This document shows, piece after piece, positions 9,712 through 17,204 of a DNA stretch of 40,055 bases. The stretch covers positions 1-40,055 of the IMG/VR virus record IMGVR_UViG_3300025846_000006; one strand, given 5' to 3'. This DNA comes from a virus. How positions within the stretch are numbered: position 1 is the stretch's first letter; every line of letters starts with the position of its first letter. The position numbers and the translations under genes are program-made. Under the pieces are notes generated by a model. That model ran no database searches. It saw only the letters and a program-made list of their open reading frames with translations, and was not told the origin of the DNA.

Positions 9712-10083
9712 CTAGTCATCATGCGTGCCGCCCTTCTCAGGGTGCTTCTTGTTATGGCATGGATCACAGGACGATCGAAGGTTCGATTGTTCAAGAGCAA
9801 GGAGGGGGTAGTCTCTGAGTTCCTTAATATGGTGCACCATCGTGGCAGGTGTGATCCTACCCTCAGCAAGGCAGTCCTCACAGAGAGGGTGTGCCGCGAG
9901 TTTCCACTCTCTAGCCTGTCTCCACTTTGCACTCTTATAGAACTCATGTTCAAACTCGCCCTGTCTTGCCTTGTCATACTCATGGGCAGTCGACTGTTGA
10001 TGATCGACACAGTATGAGGATGAGGGCATAGCATAGTTGTGACATCCTGCCTTGCCACAGTAGCGATGTGCGGCATATGGCAT
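9712..10083 (-). CDS. HNH endonuclease (terminase-associated, HK97 gp74-like)
   Basis: 123 aa. The HNH core is CEDCLAEGRITPATMVHHIKELRDYPLLALEQSNLRSSCDPCHNKKH. It lies immediately upstream of terS. Confidence 0.85.
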   Translation of the reverse strand: MPYAAHRYCGKAGCHNYAMPSSSYCVDHQQSTAHEYDKARQGEFEHEFYKSAKWRQAREWKLAAHPLCEDCLAEGRITPATMVHHIKELRDYPLLALEQSNLRSSCDPCHNKKHPEKGGTHDD

Positions 10084-10084
10084 G

Positions 10085-10294
10085 TCATCTGTCCTTGTAC
10101 TTGAGAACCCTGACCATGAACCAGTAGACGAGTGGACTCACAGTGTTGGCTTTGACCTTGTACCGGATGTCCAGCACTGAGTCGCCAGTCTGCGGTTGCG
10201 TGTCTGAGGGTGTCATCGTAACATGCACATAAGTGGCGCGACCTGTGATCTTGTCATGCCCGGTGATGATGAATGACCCTGTTGAGAGAGTCAT
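10085..10294 (-). CDS. Hypothetical protein
   Basis: 69 aa, with GGTGA-N4-ATG. Its stop is 1 nt from the HNH start codon. Confidence 0.45.
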   Translation of the reverse strand: MTLSTGSFIITGHDKITGRATYVHVTMTPSDTQPQTGDSVLDIRYKVKANTVSPLVYWFMVRVLKYKDR

Positions 10295-10459
10295 GCTGTC
10301 ACCATAGGTGAGAGCGGGGGCTGCACGAGTGTGGTGCTAGCAATCAGGGAAGATGCAGTCATGTTTAACCCGCTCTCAATGTAGTTGTAGGAGCTATGGG
10401 AGTCGCACCCACATCGGTACCCAGACCGATTGCTGCTATCGCTCCATGTGTAGACCATG

Positions 10460-10705
10460 TCAGTACCCTGCCCTCTTATACAGCCAAGCAGATAGCCGCA
10501 TACACAGGCGCGCCAGAGAGCCGGAGGTCATGAGTTGAACATGACGTTCGCGCAAAGTCAGCACGTATTCCACAGCGGGCTCCGGCATAGGCATAAGCGA
10601 TGACGTCAATGCAAGCGACGGAAGGAGTTGCTCTTTCGAGCTGGGAGGAACGTCGCCTGCATTCACGCGACCATTCATGTCGATCGTGCGGTCAATTGGC
10701 ATCAT
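10460..10705 (-). CDS. Questionable ORF (no SD; overlaps the preceding ORF in the +1 frame)
   Basis: 81 aa counted from the internal ATG pair. The C-terminus LTLRERHVQLMTSGSLARLCMRLSAWLYKRA is faintly sigma-region-4/ArpU-like. Confidence 0.25.
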   Translation of the reverse strand: MMPIDRTIDMNGRVNAGDVPPSSKEQLLPSLALTSSLMPMPEPAVEYVLTLRERHVQLMTSGSLARLCMRLSAWLYKRAGY

Positions 10706-10910
10706 GGGCGATGACGAACGACGCATAGAGCGTCACGTGCGACTGGTTCTTGATAGTGGACAGTTTGTTGACTTCTGGCAGTTGGGATGCAGATGCGACA
10801 ATGACAACTTTGGTCTCGCCGTAGCGATCTGTCGTCGAGTGATCGAAGTAGCACTCGAAGCAGCAGAGGGCATCTGCGACGCGTTCTGGTTCTTTTCTCT
10901 GCTTAGGCAT
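10692..10910 (-). CDS. Hypothetical small Cys-containing protein
   Basis: 72 aa, with GGGGG-N7-ATG. Contains ALCCFECYFDH. Confidence 0.4.
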   Translation of the reverse strand: MPKQRKEPERVADALCCFECYFDHSTTDRYGETKVVIVASASQLPEVNKLSTIKNQSHVTLYASFVIAHDAN

Positions 10911-11054
10911 GCGAAATCCCCCATGCGTTCAGGGACAAACAGCGGGCCTGACCCTGGTACATGGGGGATCTGTGGGGAGTATGGTAAGAAGCCGCGAGAA
11001 GCACGGCATACTGCGCTATCTGCTGCTGACCACACTCGTTGTGCAAGAGTAGAC

Positions 11055-11068
11055 CCCCAAGTCTGCTA
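11055..11068 (-). promoter_or_regulatory. Start-associated-like box TAGCAGACTTGGGG (exact), here ~145 nt upstream of the next supported start
   Basis: Plus strand ccccaagtctgcta. It is preceded on the coding strand by TTGTCA-17-TAGACT. Confidence 0.6.
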
Positions 11069-11076
11069 CTTCGAAT

Positions 11077-11105
11077 AGTCTACAAGCGTGTTTATGAGTT
11101 GACAA
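11077..11105 (-). promoter_or_regulatory. Candidate sigma-70-type promoter TTGTCA-N17-TAGACT
   Basis: The -35 is plus tgacaa (11100..11105) and the -10 is plus agtcta (11077..11082). The box at 11055..11068 begins 8 nt downstream of the -10. Confidence 0.35.
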
Positions 11106-11634
11106 GTTCCTCACTAGTCCTATTTCCGATATGCGGTTTTGGACCCCGACGACCCCCTATTTCAGTGACATACAGCGCTTTCGCATCCACGGCTTCTGCA
11201 TAGGTCGGGTAGGTCCCGATATAGTGCGGTCCGCACCTCGCCCGAAACTTGCCTTCGACTGTTATGCGAATGCCAGGTGTTTCTGTTGGCAGAAGCACTT
11301 CCTCGATGTGCGGTTTCTGCGGCTTCTCTTGCCTGTTGGGAACATGCCGCCAATAGAGGAACTTCACGGCAGTCTTCGTCCTGCCGTCAATCGTCTCCCT
11401 GTCCAGCTCGAACAGGATGTCGTACTTCTTGGAAAGTCCACGGATGATGACCCCGGCGACATCCTTTTCGTTCCGTTCGATCATCTGGTCACGTAAAGCA
11501 TGGACGGCGTCACGCGCATTGCCTCCTTGATACTCAAGCACGACATTTCTGCCGTTGCCGTCCCTGCCGTCTCGTTTCATCGTCTTAAACCCAGCCACTC
11601 GTAGTAAAGGGGCCTTCTGTTCCTTTCCTTGCAT
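11092..11634 (-). CDS. AP2-like DNA-binding domain protein (possible regulator)
   Basis: 180 aa, with GGAGG-N6-ATG. The C-terminal GIRITVEGKFRARCGPHYIGTYPTYAEAVDAKALY fits the AP2 pattern (G+...gk..A.i.....lG.f.t.eEA..A). Confidence 0.55.
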   Translation of the reverse strand: MQGKEQKAPLLRVAGFKTMKRDGRDGNGRNVVLEYQGGNARDAVHALRDQMIERNEKDVAGVIIRGLSKKYDILFELDRETIDGRTKTAVKFLYWRHVPNRQEKPQKPHIEEVLLPTETPGIRITVEGKFRARCGPHYIGTYPTYAEAVDAKALYVTEIGGRRGPKPHIGNRTSEELVNS

Positions 11635-11761
11635 ACCTCGCCTCCGTGCTTCTTTCCGTGATGCCCTTCATTTCAGTTATGCAAGACCCCTCACCTGAAC
11701 TTGTCACTGGCCCGCTTTGGTAGGACGCGGCGAAGGGTATCTGCTCCCTTACGTCAAGTAG

Positions 11762-12061
11762 TCAGCACCCATTCGCAAAACGGTCTGTAACTCTGACGAC
11801 CTTGGCCTTTCCTGTCTTTACCTTTCGAAAATCCTTACAGCTCGAGCTAGAACATACAGATTCCGGCGGCCACGGGACCTCTGGCTGGCACACCTTCAAA
11901 TTGCAACTCCGGGACAAGCGAACGCACCAACCTTCGCCCTCAGGTTCAGATCCATCTTCACGCTGCTGAGCCACGCGCGAAACGAGCTCTTTTTGCATTA
12001 CGTGTGGAAACAGCTCGCCGACATATCCTTCGTCAACAACTTTCACGTCTGAGTCGTTCAT
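11762..12061 (-). CDS. Hypothetical protein, paralogous N-terminus (VDEGYVGELFP) with 13053..13259
   Basis: The start was trimmed to ATG 12061 (ATGA overlap). It shares the GYV.ELFP motif, and the DNA segment tggaaacagctcg, with 13053..13259. The tail is Cys-rich. Confidence 0.5.
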   Translation of the reverse strand: MNDSDVKVVDEGYVGELFPHVMQKELVSRVAQQREDGSEPEGEGWCVRLSRSCNLKVCQPEVPWPPESVCSSSSCKDFRKVKTGKAKVVRVTDRFANGC

Positions 12062-13056
12062 GCCTCTACCTCTGCCCCGACGTATTCCTTGCACTTCATG
12101 CGTGGCTTGTCACATCGGATAGGTCCAACGCATTGCTCACAGTCCGTTCCAATGAGCTGGCACTTGAAGCAGAGACAGCCGTTCTCCAAGCAATGCTGTT
12201 CCTTGCCTTCTTCTGTGCGAAAATCAGGACAAGCGCCGATCTTGCCGCCGGTGCCACCGATCTTCTTACAACGCTCGAACCCCTTGCAGTCGTGACAGCT
12301 CTTGCCCTCGTTGGCACAGGCAAGGCAGAGGCAATCGGAACAGTCCCACAGCATCTTGCCCGCGGAATACCATTTGCCGTCCAGGAGCACAGCGATCGGC
12401 TCTTTCACAGGCTTGACGGCCGGGGCTAGAATCGCCAACCGTTCTTCGTGCTCTTGCTTCCTCGATTCAAAACCTAGGCGTTCAATAACGTGGTCGGCTG
12501 GAAGTTCCGAAAGCAACCGGTCTATTGCCACGATGTCAGAGCGCAGAAACTGCATCTCCTGGTCATTCTTGGTGAATGGAGCAGGAGCTGGTTCGAGCTT
12601 TGGCTTCTTCGCCTTGACCGGCTTCTTCGTAGGTTCGATGGCAGGAGCTGGTGGGACAGCAAGCCAGGCGAGGTACGGCCCATAAGTGCAGTGAGGGTTG
12701 TCGCCATATGGGCTCCAATATTCGCAGGTGCTTCCGTTACAATGCGCACTGTTGAAATAGGCGCAGGGATGGAGCTTGAAAAAACGGATGCAGTGGATTT
12801 CCTCGCGTGGTTCGCTCCGGATGCATTCGTCACAGGGAAGATGGTTGCGGATAGCGTTTCCCGAGGCACAGTAGTACCACTCCTTGCTGAAGTCGAGACC
12901 CTCGTCCTGGCTAGATTCGATCTTCGGGACTGGCTGACGGAATGCCGCGCCCGCGAAGGTATCCACTGCCTTGCTCGCCCAAGGAGCTGCGACTAGCGTG
13001 ATCGGCTCATCGAACAGAGAGCCACACCATCCCGTATCTTTCGGCTGAGGTCTCAT
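12058..13056 (-). CDS. Cys-rich 332-aa protein of unknown function
   Basis: ATGA overlaps at both ends. There are two Cys-dense regions (CDECIRS..HCIRFFKLHPCAYFNSAHCNGSTCEY and DCSDCLCLACANEGKSCHDCKGFERC...CLENGCLCFKCQLIGTDCEQCVGPIRC). They are separated by a Pro/Lys linker and a helical segment. Confidence 0.6.
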   Translation of the reverse strand: MRPQPKDTGWCGSLFDEPITLVAAPWASKAVDTFAGAAFRQPVPKIESSQDEGLDFSKEWYYCASGNAIRNHLPCDECIRSEPREEIHCIRFFKLHPCAYFNSAHCNGSTCEYWSPYGDNPHCTYGPYLAWLAVPPAPAIEPTKKPVKAKKPKLEPAPAPFTKNDQEMQFLRSDIVAIDRLLSELPADHVIERLGFESRKQEHEERLAILAPAVKPVKEPIAVLLDGKWYSAGKMLWDCSDCLCLACANEGKSCHDCKGFERCKKIGGTGGKIGACPDFRTEEGKEQHCLENGCLCFKCQLIGTDCEQCVGPIRCDKPRMKCKEYVGAEVEA

Positions 13057-13259
13057 TCCAACACCGCATCCGGATCACAACGACCCAACAGGAAACAGGG
13101 CCACTGACCGTCCCCAGTTCCTTCTTTCTCAAACCTGCAGTGCACGCACTCAGACGCTCCTACATGCCTTCCACCATCATCCTCAGATCCACGGTTCCTC
13201 GACTGTGTGTTTGGAAACAGCTCGTCAACATAGCCACTGTCGACCGGCCCGCGTCTCAC
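13053..13259 (-). CDS. Hypothetical protein, paralogous N-terminus (VDSGYVDELFP)
   Basis: 68 aa. The GTG start overlaps the upstream stop (GTGA). Confidence 0.5.
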   Translation of the reverse strand: MRRGPVDSGYVDELFPNTQSRNRGSEDDGGRHVGASECVHCRFEKEGTGDGQWPCFLLGRCDPDAVLE

Positions 13260-13789
13260 TTCGCACCACCTATCCGCAGAATCTCAACAGGAACATTCTT
13301 GCGCCTGCCAAAATGTGTTGCTTCGTGCGTTGACCATAAGAACACATCTAGTTTGTAGCCTCTGATACTGCCACCAGTGTCAAGTACCTCACATACTTTT
13401 CCATTGTTATACCCGGGTATCCGTACTAGCGAGTGCATCGGCAATAAACACAAGTCTGCGGCGACACCTCCGACTCTTACTCGTTGTCCGGAAGCGGTCA
13501 TAAGAGGATTGCCGTCACATTCAGCCGCAGTCGGCGAATAACACGTTATCTCGAACTTTAGTAGTGCCTTAACAGGTTTTGACACCCTTGTCGTCACCTT
13601 TTCAGTGGGAAGTGCTACGCTTGCCAGCCTGCGAGCGACCCGGAAGTTGACGATATCCCCTGCGGTGGCCTGCCTGGGCGCCAGAAGCATGAGCATCAGA
13701 ACGAACAGCGCGACAAGGGCTGCCACGAGCAGGACAATGGCGATCTGGCTGTAGTCGACGCGCGCCCGCTTGCGAGAGGACGACTTCAT
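13256..13789 (-). CDS. Membrane-anchored 3D-domain protein (MltA/YabE-type cell-wall-binding or lytic fold)
   Basis: 177 aa. The N-terminal TM segment is IAIVLLVAALVALFVLMLMLLA. The 3D pattern is ITCYSPT..ECDGNPLMTASGQRV..GGVAAD...LPMHS.VRIPG.....CEVLDTGGSIRGYKLDVF. Confidence 0.7.
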   Translation of the reverse strand: MKSSSRKRARVDYSQIAIVLLVAALVALFVLMLMLLAPRQATAGDIVNFRVARRLASVALPTEKVTTRVSKPVKALLKFEITCYSPTAAECDGNPLMTASGQRVRVGGVAADLCLLPMHSLVRIPGYNNGKVCEVLDTGGSIRGYKLDVFLWSTHEATHFGRRKNVPVEILRIGGAK

Positions 13790-13932
13790 TTCTTCGCCCG
13801 CTTCTTGGCTTTCTTGTGAGACTTTAACTTGAGGTGCTTGAGGCCTTTGACAACTTGTTTGGCAGTGAGGTCTTCCCGCCAGAATTTCATGTAAGGAGGA
13901 TTGTAAGGTGCGAACTGCTCGCCTGAGGTCAT
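13786..13932 (-). CDS. Small basic protein
   Basis: 48 aa counted from ATG 13932 (ATGA overlap). It has a Lys-rich C-terminus. Confidence 0.4.
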   Translation of the reverse strand: MTSGEQFAPYNPPYMKFWREDLTAKQVVKGLKHLKLKSHKKAKKRAKK

Positions 13933-14147
13933 GGTATCCTCAATAACAGGTCGCCGAACGTCCGCGCCAAACTTCTGGCATAATCCTTGCACTTTCCGTC
14001 AGAGTTCTTGTCTCTACAGTTGGGTGCGTTTTCTAGCAACTTCCAACCACTTCCCGTTACGGGGTCAATATAAAAAGTCGCGCCAACGGCACACCGTTCG
14101 CCCGAGTATCGATCAAGGTAATGATGACAACTCGAACAAGTGTTCAT
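13929..14147 (-). CDS. Small Cys-rich protein
   Basis: 72 aa counted from ATG 14147 (ATGA overlap). The N-terminus is MNTCSSCHHY, followed later by C..G and NCRDKNSDGKCKDY. Confidence 0.45.
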   Translation of the reverse strand: MNTCSSCHHYLDRYSGERCAVGATFYIDPVTGSGWKLLENAPNCRDKNSDGKCKDYARSLARTFGDLLLRIP

Positions 14148-14629
14148 GCCTTGCCCCACGGATGCCCGGCGAGATCAAGATACTCGAACTTTAAGCGCTT
14201 GAACTCAGTATCACGATACCAGGGCGTCACCTTGACGAGCAACTGAGAGGATCGAACGAGATACTGCCACCGGGCTGGGGAAAGATGTTGTTGCCACCAT
14301 TCCTGACAGAGCTTCGGGTCGGCGTGTGGCGCGCCACTATTGACCTGATGGTCGTCATGGCAGCGCATTTCGATGTTCTCCGTGAGCCAACGCATGGACT
14401 TGTAGATGCCCTTTGGGAAGATGTGCGAGGCCTCGAGGTTTTCGGTTGCAGGGCAGACGACACAGTGGCCGCTGTCCCGGACCATGCAGATGTCACGAGC
14501 GATTGAATCAAGCGTCTTGACAGTCACATGCTGTGCTGCCACTTTCGCGATGCCCCCCTCAGAGCTTCGAGAACTTTTCCGTAGTGCCGTGCGACGTAAT
14601 GGTGTTCGCCGTAACTCCGTTCTTGTCAT
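14144..14629 (-). CDS. NinG/Rap-like recombination-associated protein (tentative)
   Basis: 161 aa. It has a basic N-terminus (RRTPLRRTALRKSSR), then RDSGHCVVC....LEASHIFPKG and RCHDDH, resembling lambda NinG-type proteins. It is preceded by the start-associated box. Confidence 0.5.
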   Translation of the reverse strand: MTRTELRRTPLRRTALRKSSRSSEGGIAKVAAQHVTVKTLDSIARDICMVRDSGHCVVCPATENLEASHIFPKGIYKSMRWLTENIEMRCHDDHQVNSGAPHADPKLCQEWWQQHLSPARWQYLVRSSQLLVKVTPWYRDTEFKRLKFEYLDLAGHPWGKA

Positions 14630-14636
14630 CTGAGAC

Positions 14637-14650
14637 CCCCAAGTCTGCTA
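14637..14650 (-). promoter_or_regulatory. Start-associated-like box TAGCAGACTTGGGG (exact), G-run 6 nt from ATG 14629
   Basis: The coding strand reads CTAGCAGACTTGGGGGTCTCAGATG. Confidence 0.65.
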
Positions 14651-14803
14651 GATTTTTGGTGCTATACCCCCGACCCCTCGCAGGGCCGAAATACTGTCCT
14701 AGTCTAGTGGTGCTATTCTGTCATGACCCTCTCCAAATACCCTGCTGGGTATGTCTTATCGGGAATACCGCATGAATGGCTCATAGCCTCTACCATAAAT
14801 TCC

Positions 14804-14995
14804 TTATTTACGGACATGACCCGCCGCCTCGAAGACAACTCTGTCGGCCCACTCAGCCTTTTTCCCCTTGTTCCACTGGGAAACAGGCCTCAGATAGCCA
14901 ACCACACGAGAGTAAACTTCCGTCCTGGTGCGCTTGGCTGCCGGGATGATGACACCGTTGTCCAGCTGGAGATCACCGTTTGCAAGTTCAACCAT
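14804..14995 (-). CDS. Stand-alone NrdD C-terminal (glycyl-radical loop)-like mini-protein
   Basis: 63 aa counted from ATG 14995 (GAGGTGG-N6-ATG). EVYSRVVGYLRPVSQWNKGKKAEWADRVVFE matches the conserved class III RNR C-terminal motif (R.xGYL....wN.GK..E...R), which carries the radical glycine. Confidence 0.6.
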   Translation of the reverse strand: MVELANGDLQLDNGVIIPAAKRTRTEVYSRVVGYLRPVSQWNKGKKAEWADRVVFEAAGHVRK

Positions 14996-15260
14996 AGGGT
15001 GCCACCTCACTGATGTCCGCTCCGCAGTTGGCGCAGACCATCGGGTTCTGATGTGCGAACTCTGCCGGGTCAATGAACCCACCTGGAGACCGATAGCCTT
15101 CCGGCTTGTCATCGATCGGGCGATGCCAGAAGTTGATACGCCCGCATTTTGGACAGCCGGTAGCTTTCAGACCAACATCTGCAAGTGTCGATTGCCGAAA
15201 ACGTCCACCGCTACCTCGTGCAATAATGTGTCCGTTTGATGCTTTGTAGGCTCGGTTCAT
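14988..15260 (-). CDS. Zinc-ribbon protein (CPKCG...CANCG), translationally coupled to the NrdD-like ORF
   Basis: 90 aa with two CxxC pairs. An 8-nt overlap (ATGGTTGA) links it to 14804..14995. Confidence 0.5.
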   Translation of the reverse strand: MNRAYKASNGHIIARGSGGRFRQSTLADVGLKATGCPKCGRINFWHRPIDDKPEGYRSPGGFIDPAEFAHQNPMVCANCGADISEVAPYG

Positions 15261-15335
15261 GGCTTCTCTGGGAAGTTGGTAATGGAAGTAACACTGACCG
15301 GCAGCTCGCTCATGGCCAGTGCTTCAAGCGCTGGA

Positions 15336-15611
15336 TCAATAGGGACGTTCACCAGAGGTCTCCTTGAGAATAAGGTCGAACGTTCTGCCCCCGACCTTGA
15401 GTTCTTTAGCTCCAATCGCAACGGGATGTTTATCTGTCGTGAAAAAAACCTGGCCTACGCTTGCCTCTCGGATGACGACCTTGCGAAGGGCGGATTCAAG
15501 AGCATCCATTTCCTCGCAGCCATCTTTCCAGACGGCATGACCGTATTGTGTCCCGATGTCTACCGCCTTTTCCATGAGTTGATGAACGTTCATCTTGCTA
15601 TAGTCAGTCAT
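15336..15611 (-). CDS. Hypothetical protein (paralog of 15608..15976)
   Basis: 91 aa. It shares M(T/N)DY..M.V..L and I(R/E)EASVG with the upstream gene. Confidence 0.55.
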   Translation of the reverse strand: MTDYSKMNVHQLMEKAVDIGTQYGHAVWKDGCEEMDALESALRKVVIREASVGQVFFTTDKHPVAIGAKELKVGGRTFDLILKETSGERPY

Positions 15612-15976
15612 GGCTTCTCCTTTATGTAGGCTAGTTCTTCAGGCGTAGCCAGCAACCCATACCATGCAACGGAATCCTTGGGAAAGAGCCAATAGTCTCC
15701 TACGGGCAGAGACCCGTCATCTTTCGTATAGACGACTGTTTCATCAGGAAAATCACAGGCGTGGATCCACGTTCCCACGCTTGCTTCTTCGATGATCTTA
15801 CGGCGGATAGCGTCAATGATGGCATGTTTTCTTCCTACTGCCTCCAGAGGGTTCTTGTCGACCACGGTCACACCATAAACACCGTGTATCTCCCAGTGAG
15901 TTCCGGCCTCGTTGCGCGCCCAATGCGCATACTCGCAGAACAATTCATCGACAGTCATGTGGTCATAGTCGTTCAT
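15608..15976 (-). CDS. Hypothetical protein (paralog of 15336..15611)
   Basis: The start was trimmed to ATG 15976 (ATGA overlap). The protein is 122 aa. Confidence 0.55.
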   Translation of the reverse strand: MNDYDHMTVDELFCEYAHWARNEAGTHWEIHGVYGVTVVDKNPLEAVGRKHAIIDAIRRKIIEEASVGTWIHACDFPDETVVYTKDDGSLPVGDYWLFPKDSVAWYGLLATPEELAYIKEKP

Positions 15977-16467
15977 ACCGTCACCCCCAGCACTCCGCAA
16001 ACGAGCCGTCCCAGCACATCAACGAGAACTGGGCCCTGAGCTCCTATCTCGACGGGACGATGAAGCTGTACCTGGTATGCCAGAGTCCCCTTGAAGTCAA
16101 TCCTTATCTGTTCGATACGCAGACTGCCACGGTCTCCGTTTTCTGCCAGTGTCCGCACCCCCATCTTCTCGGCGACTTCCTTGGCATCCAGGGAGAGCAG
16201 CCACATCTCGAGGGTGTCGGCACGGTAGGCGGCATACGTGTGTGCACGAATCCCGCCATGCTGGTCTTTGGCTCCTTCGCCACACGCATCAAACTCGTGG
16301 AAATCAAACTTACCATTACCATGCAAGTCTTGTCCAGCGCACTGTTCGAACCACACACCATCGCAGGGACCGTATTCAATCCCATGGTCTGGCTGCGTCC
16401 GCACATGCCTCAGGAACCCTGCGTCATAAAGCCTCCTGCTGACTTCGAGTGATGTGTATTCGATCAT
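15973..16467 (-). CDS. Hypothetical protein
   Basis: 164 aa. ATGA overlap with the antirepressor gene. Confidence 0.55.
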   Translation of the reverse strand: MIEYTSLEVSRRLYDAGFLRHVRTQPDHGIEYGPCDGVWFEQCAGQDLHGNGKFDFHEFDACGEGAKDQHGGIRAHTYAAYRADTLEMWLLSLDAKEVAEKMGVRTLAENGDRGSLRIEQIRIDFKGTLAYQVQLHRPVEIGAQGPVLVDVLGRLVCGVLGVTV

Positions 16468-17195
16468 GCCACCACCTCGCAGATCATGTCAAATACTCGC
16501 CGCTGCCAATGCAACTGGTACACGCACTTGCCATTCTCCAGTTGGACCGGGAGTGTCTTGACGTAGTCCTTGCCCTTGTCAGAAGGAACCCACTCGCCGC
16601 CTACACGGTACTGCAAACCCGCGAATTGAAGGCGCTTGTTGGTCTCTATGCCAGACATACGCGGCGAGAACATCCTGCCGATCTGCGTTGGAGTCACATA
16701 TTCCAGAGCTGCCGATTCAGGCACCGGCAGCGCCGGGATCCCCTGGGCGATCTTGTCGACGCGCTGACTTACTTGGTCAACTTTGGCATTGGCCGCGGCG
16801 ATCTGCTGGTCCTGGCGCTCGAGGTCGTCCACGAGTCCGCGGAGGATACCATAGACGTTCTTCGAGCTTGGCGGGGTATAGCTGCCGGTCTTGCGGATTT
16901 GTGGAAGGACGTCGGACGCTACCCAGCTGGTGAACTTCTCTGCTTCGTCTTTCCGGCTCGTGAAGGCCAGCTTGTAGAGTCCGGCTTCTGTAATAACGGT
17001 CACTGTCTGCTTTCCCCCAAGGGTATCCACAGTACTGAGACCCTTCATGACGTCCGGCAACCGTGCCAACGCCTGCGACGTGTTAGCAATCGCCAGGACT
17101 TCACAGACGTCCCTTGCTATAAACCACGGTTCTCCATCCTTGTTCACGGTCCTCACTTGCTGCGTTTGATACTGAAACACCTGTAGTTCTTCCAT
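16464..17195 (-). CDS. Antirepressor: Bro-N domain plus KilAC/ANT C-terminal domain
   Basis: The start was trimmed to ATG 17195 (GGGGAGG-N6-ATG). The Bro-N pattern is LQVFQY....VRTV..DGEPWFIARDVCEVL, and the KilAC-like C-terminus is YVTPTQIG... Confidence 0.85.
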   Translation of the reverse strand: MEELQVFQYQTQQVRTVNKDGEPWFIARDVCEVLAIANTSQALARLPDVMKGLSTVDTLGGKQTVTVITEAGLYKLAFTSRKDEAEKFTSWVASDVLPQIRKTGSYTPPSSKNVYGILRGLVDDLERQDQQIAAANAKVDQVSQRVDKIAQGIPALPVPESAALEYVTPTQIGRMFSPRMSGIETNKRLQFAGLQYRVGGEWVPSDKGKDYVKTLPVQLENGKCVYQLHWQRRVFDMICEVVA

Positions 17196-17204
17196 TTGTT
17201 GCCT

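Noticed and set aside
9519-10088. A 189-aa ORF overlapping the HNH gene in another frame.
   Set aside because: The 9712..10083 frame carries the complete HNH motif. The 189-aa frame has no recognisable features and would span the HNH-terS intergenic region.
10394-10460. A tRNA-like fragment on the minus strand: a T-arm-like GTGGG-TGCGACT-CCCAT followed by an acceptor-like AGCTCC.
   Set aside because: The best fold spans only about 58 nt. Only 5 acceptor base pairs form. There is no room for both D and anticodon arms, and the T-loop has G where the invariant U55 should be. It is not a functional tRNA.
10460-10910. A programmed frameshift joining ORFs 10692..10910 and 10460..10726.
   Set aside because: The downstream frame is +1, not -1. 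No slippery sequence is present, and neither half matches a known frameshifted family. I left them as two low-confidence ORFs.
10733-11035. A 100-aa minus-strand ORF downstream of the 11055 box.
   Set aside because: It has a GTG start 18 nt from the G-run and an S/R/P-rich shadow-like composition. It overlaps the better-supported ORF 10692..10910, which has GGGGG-N7-ATG.
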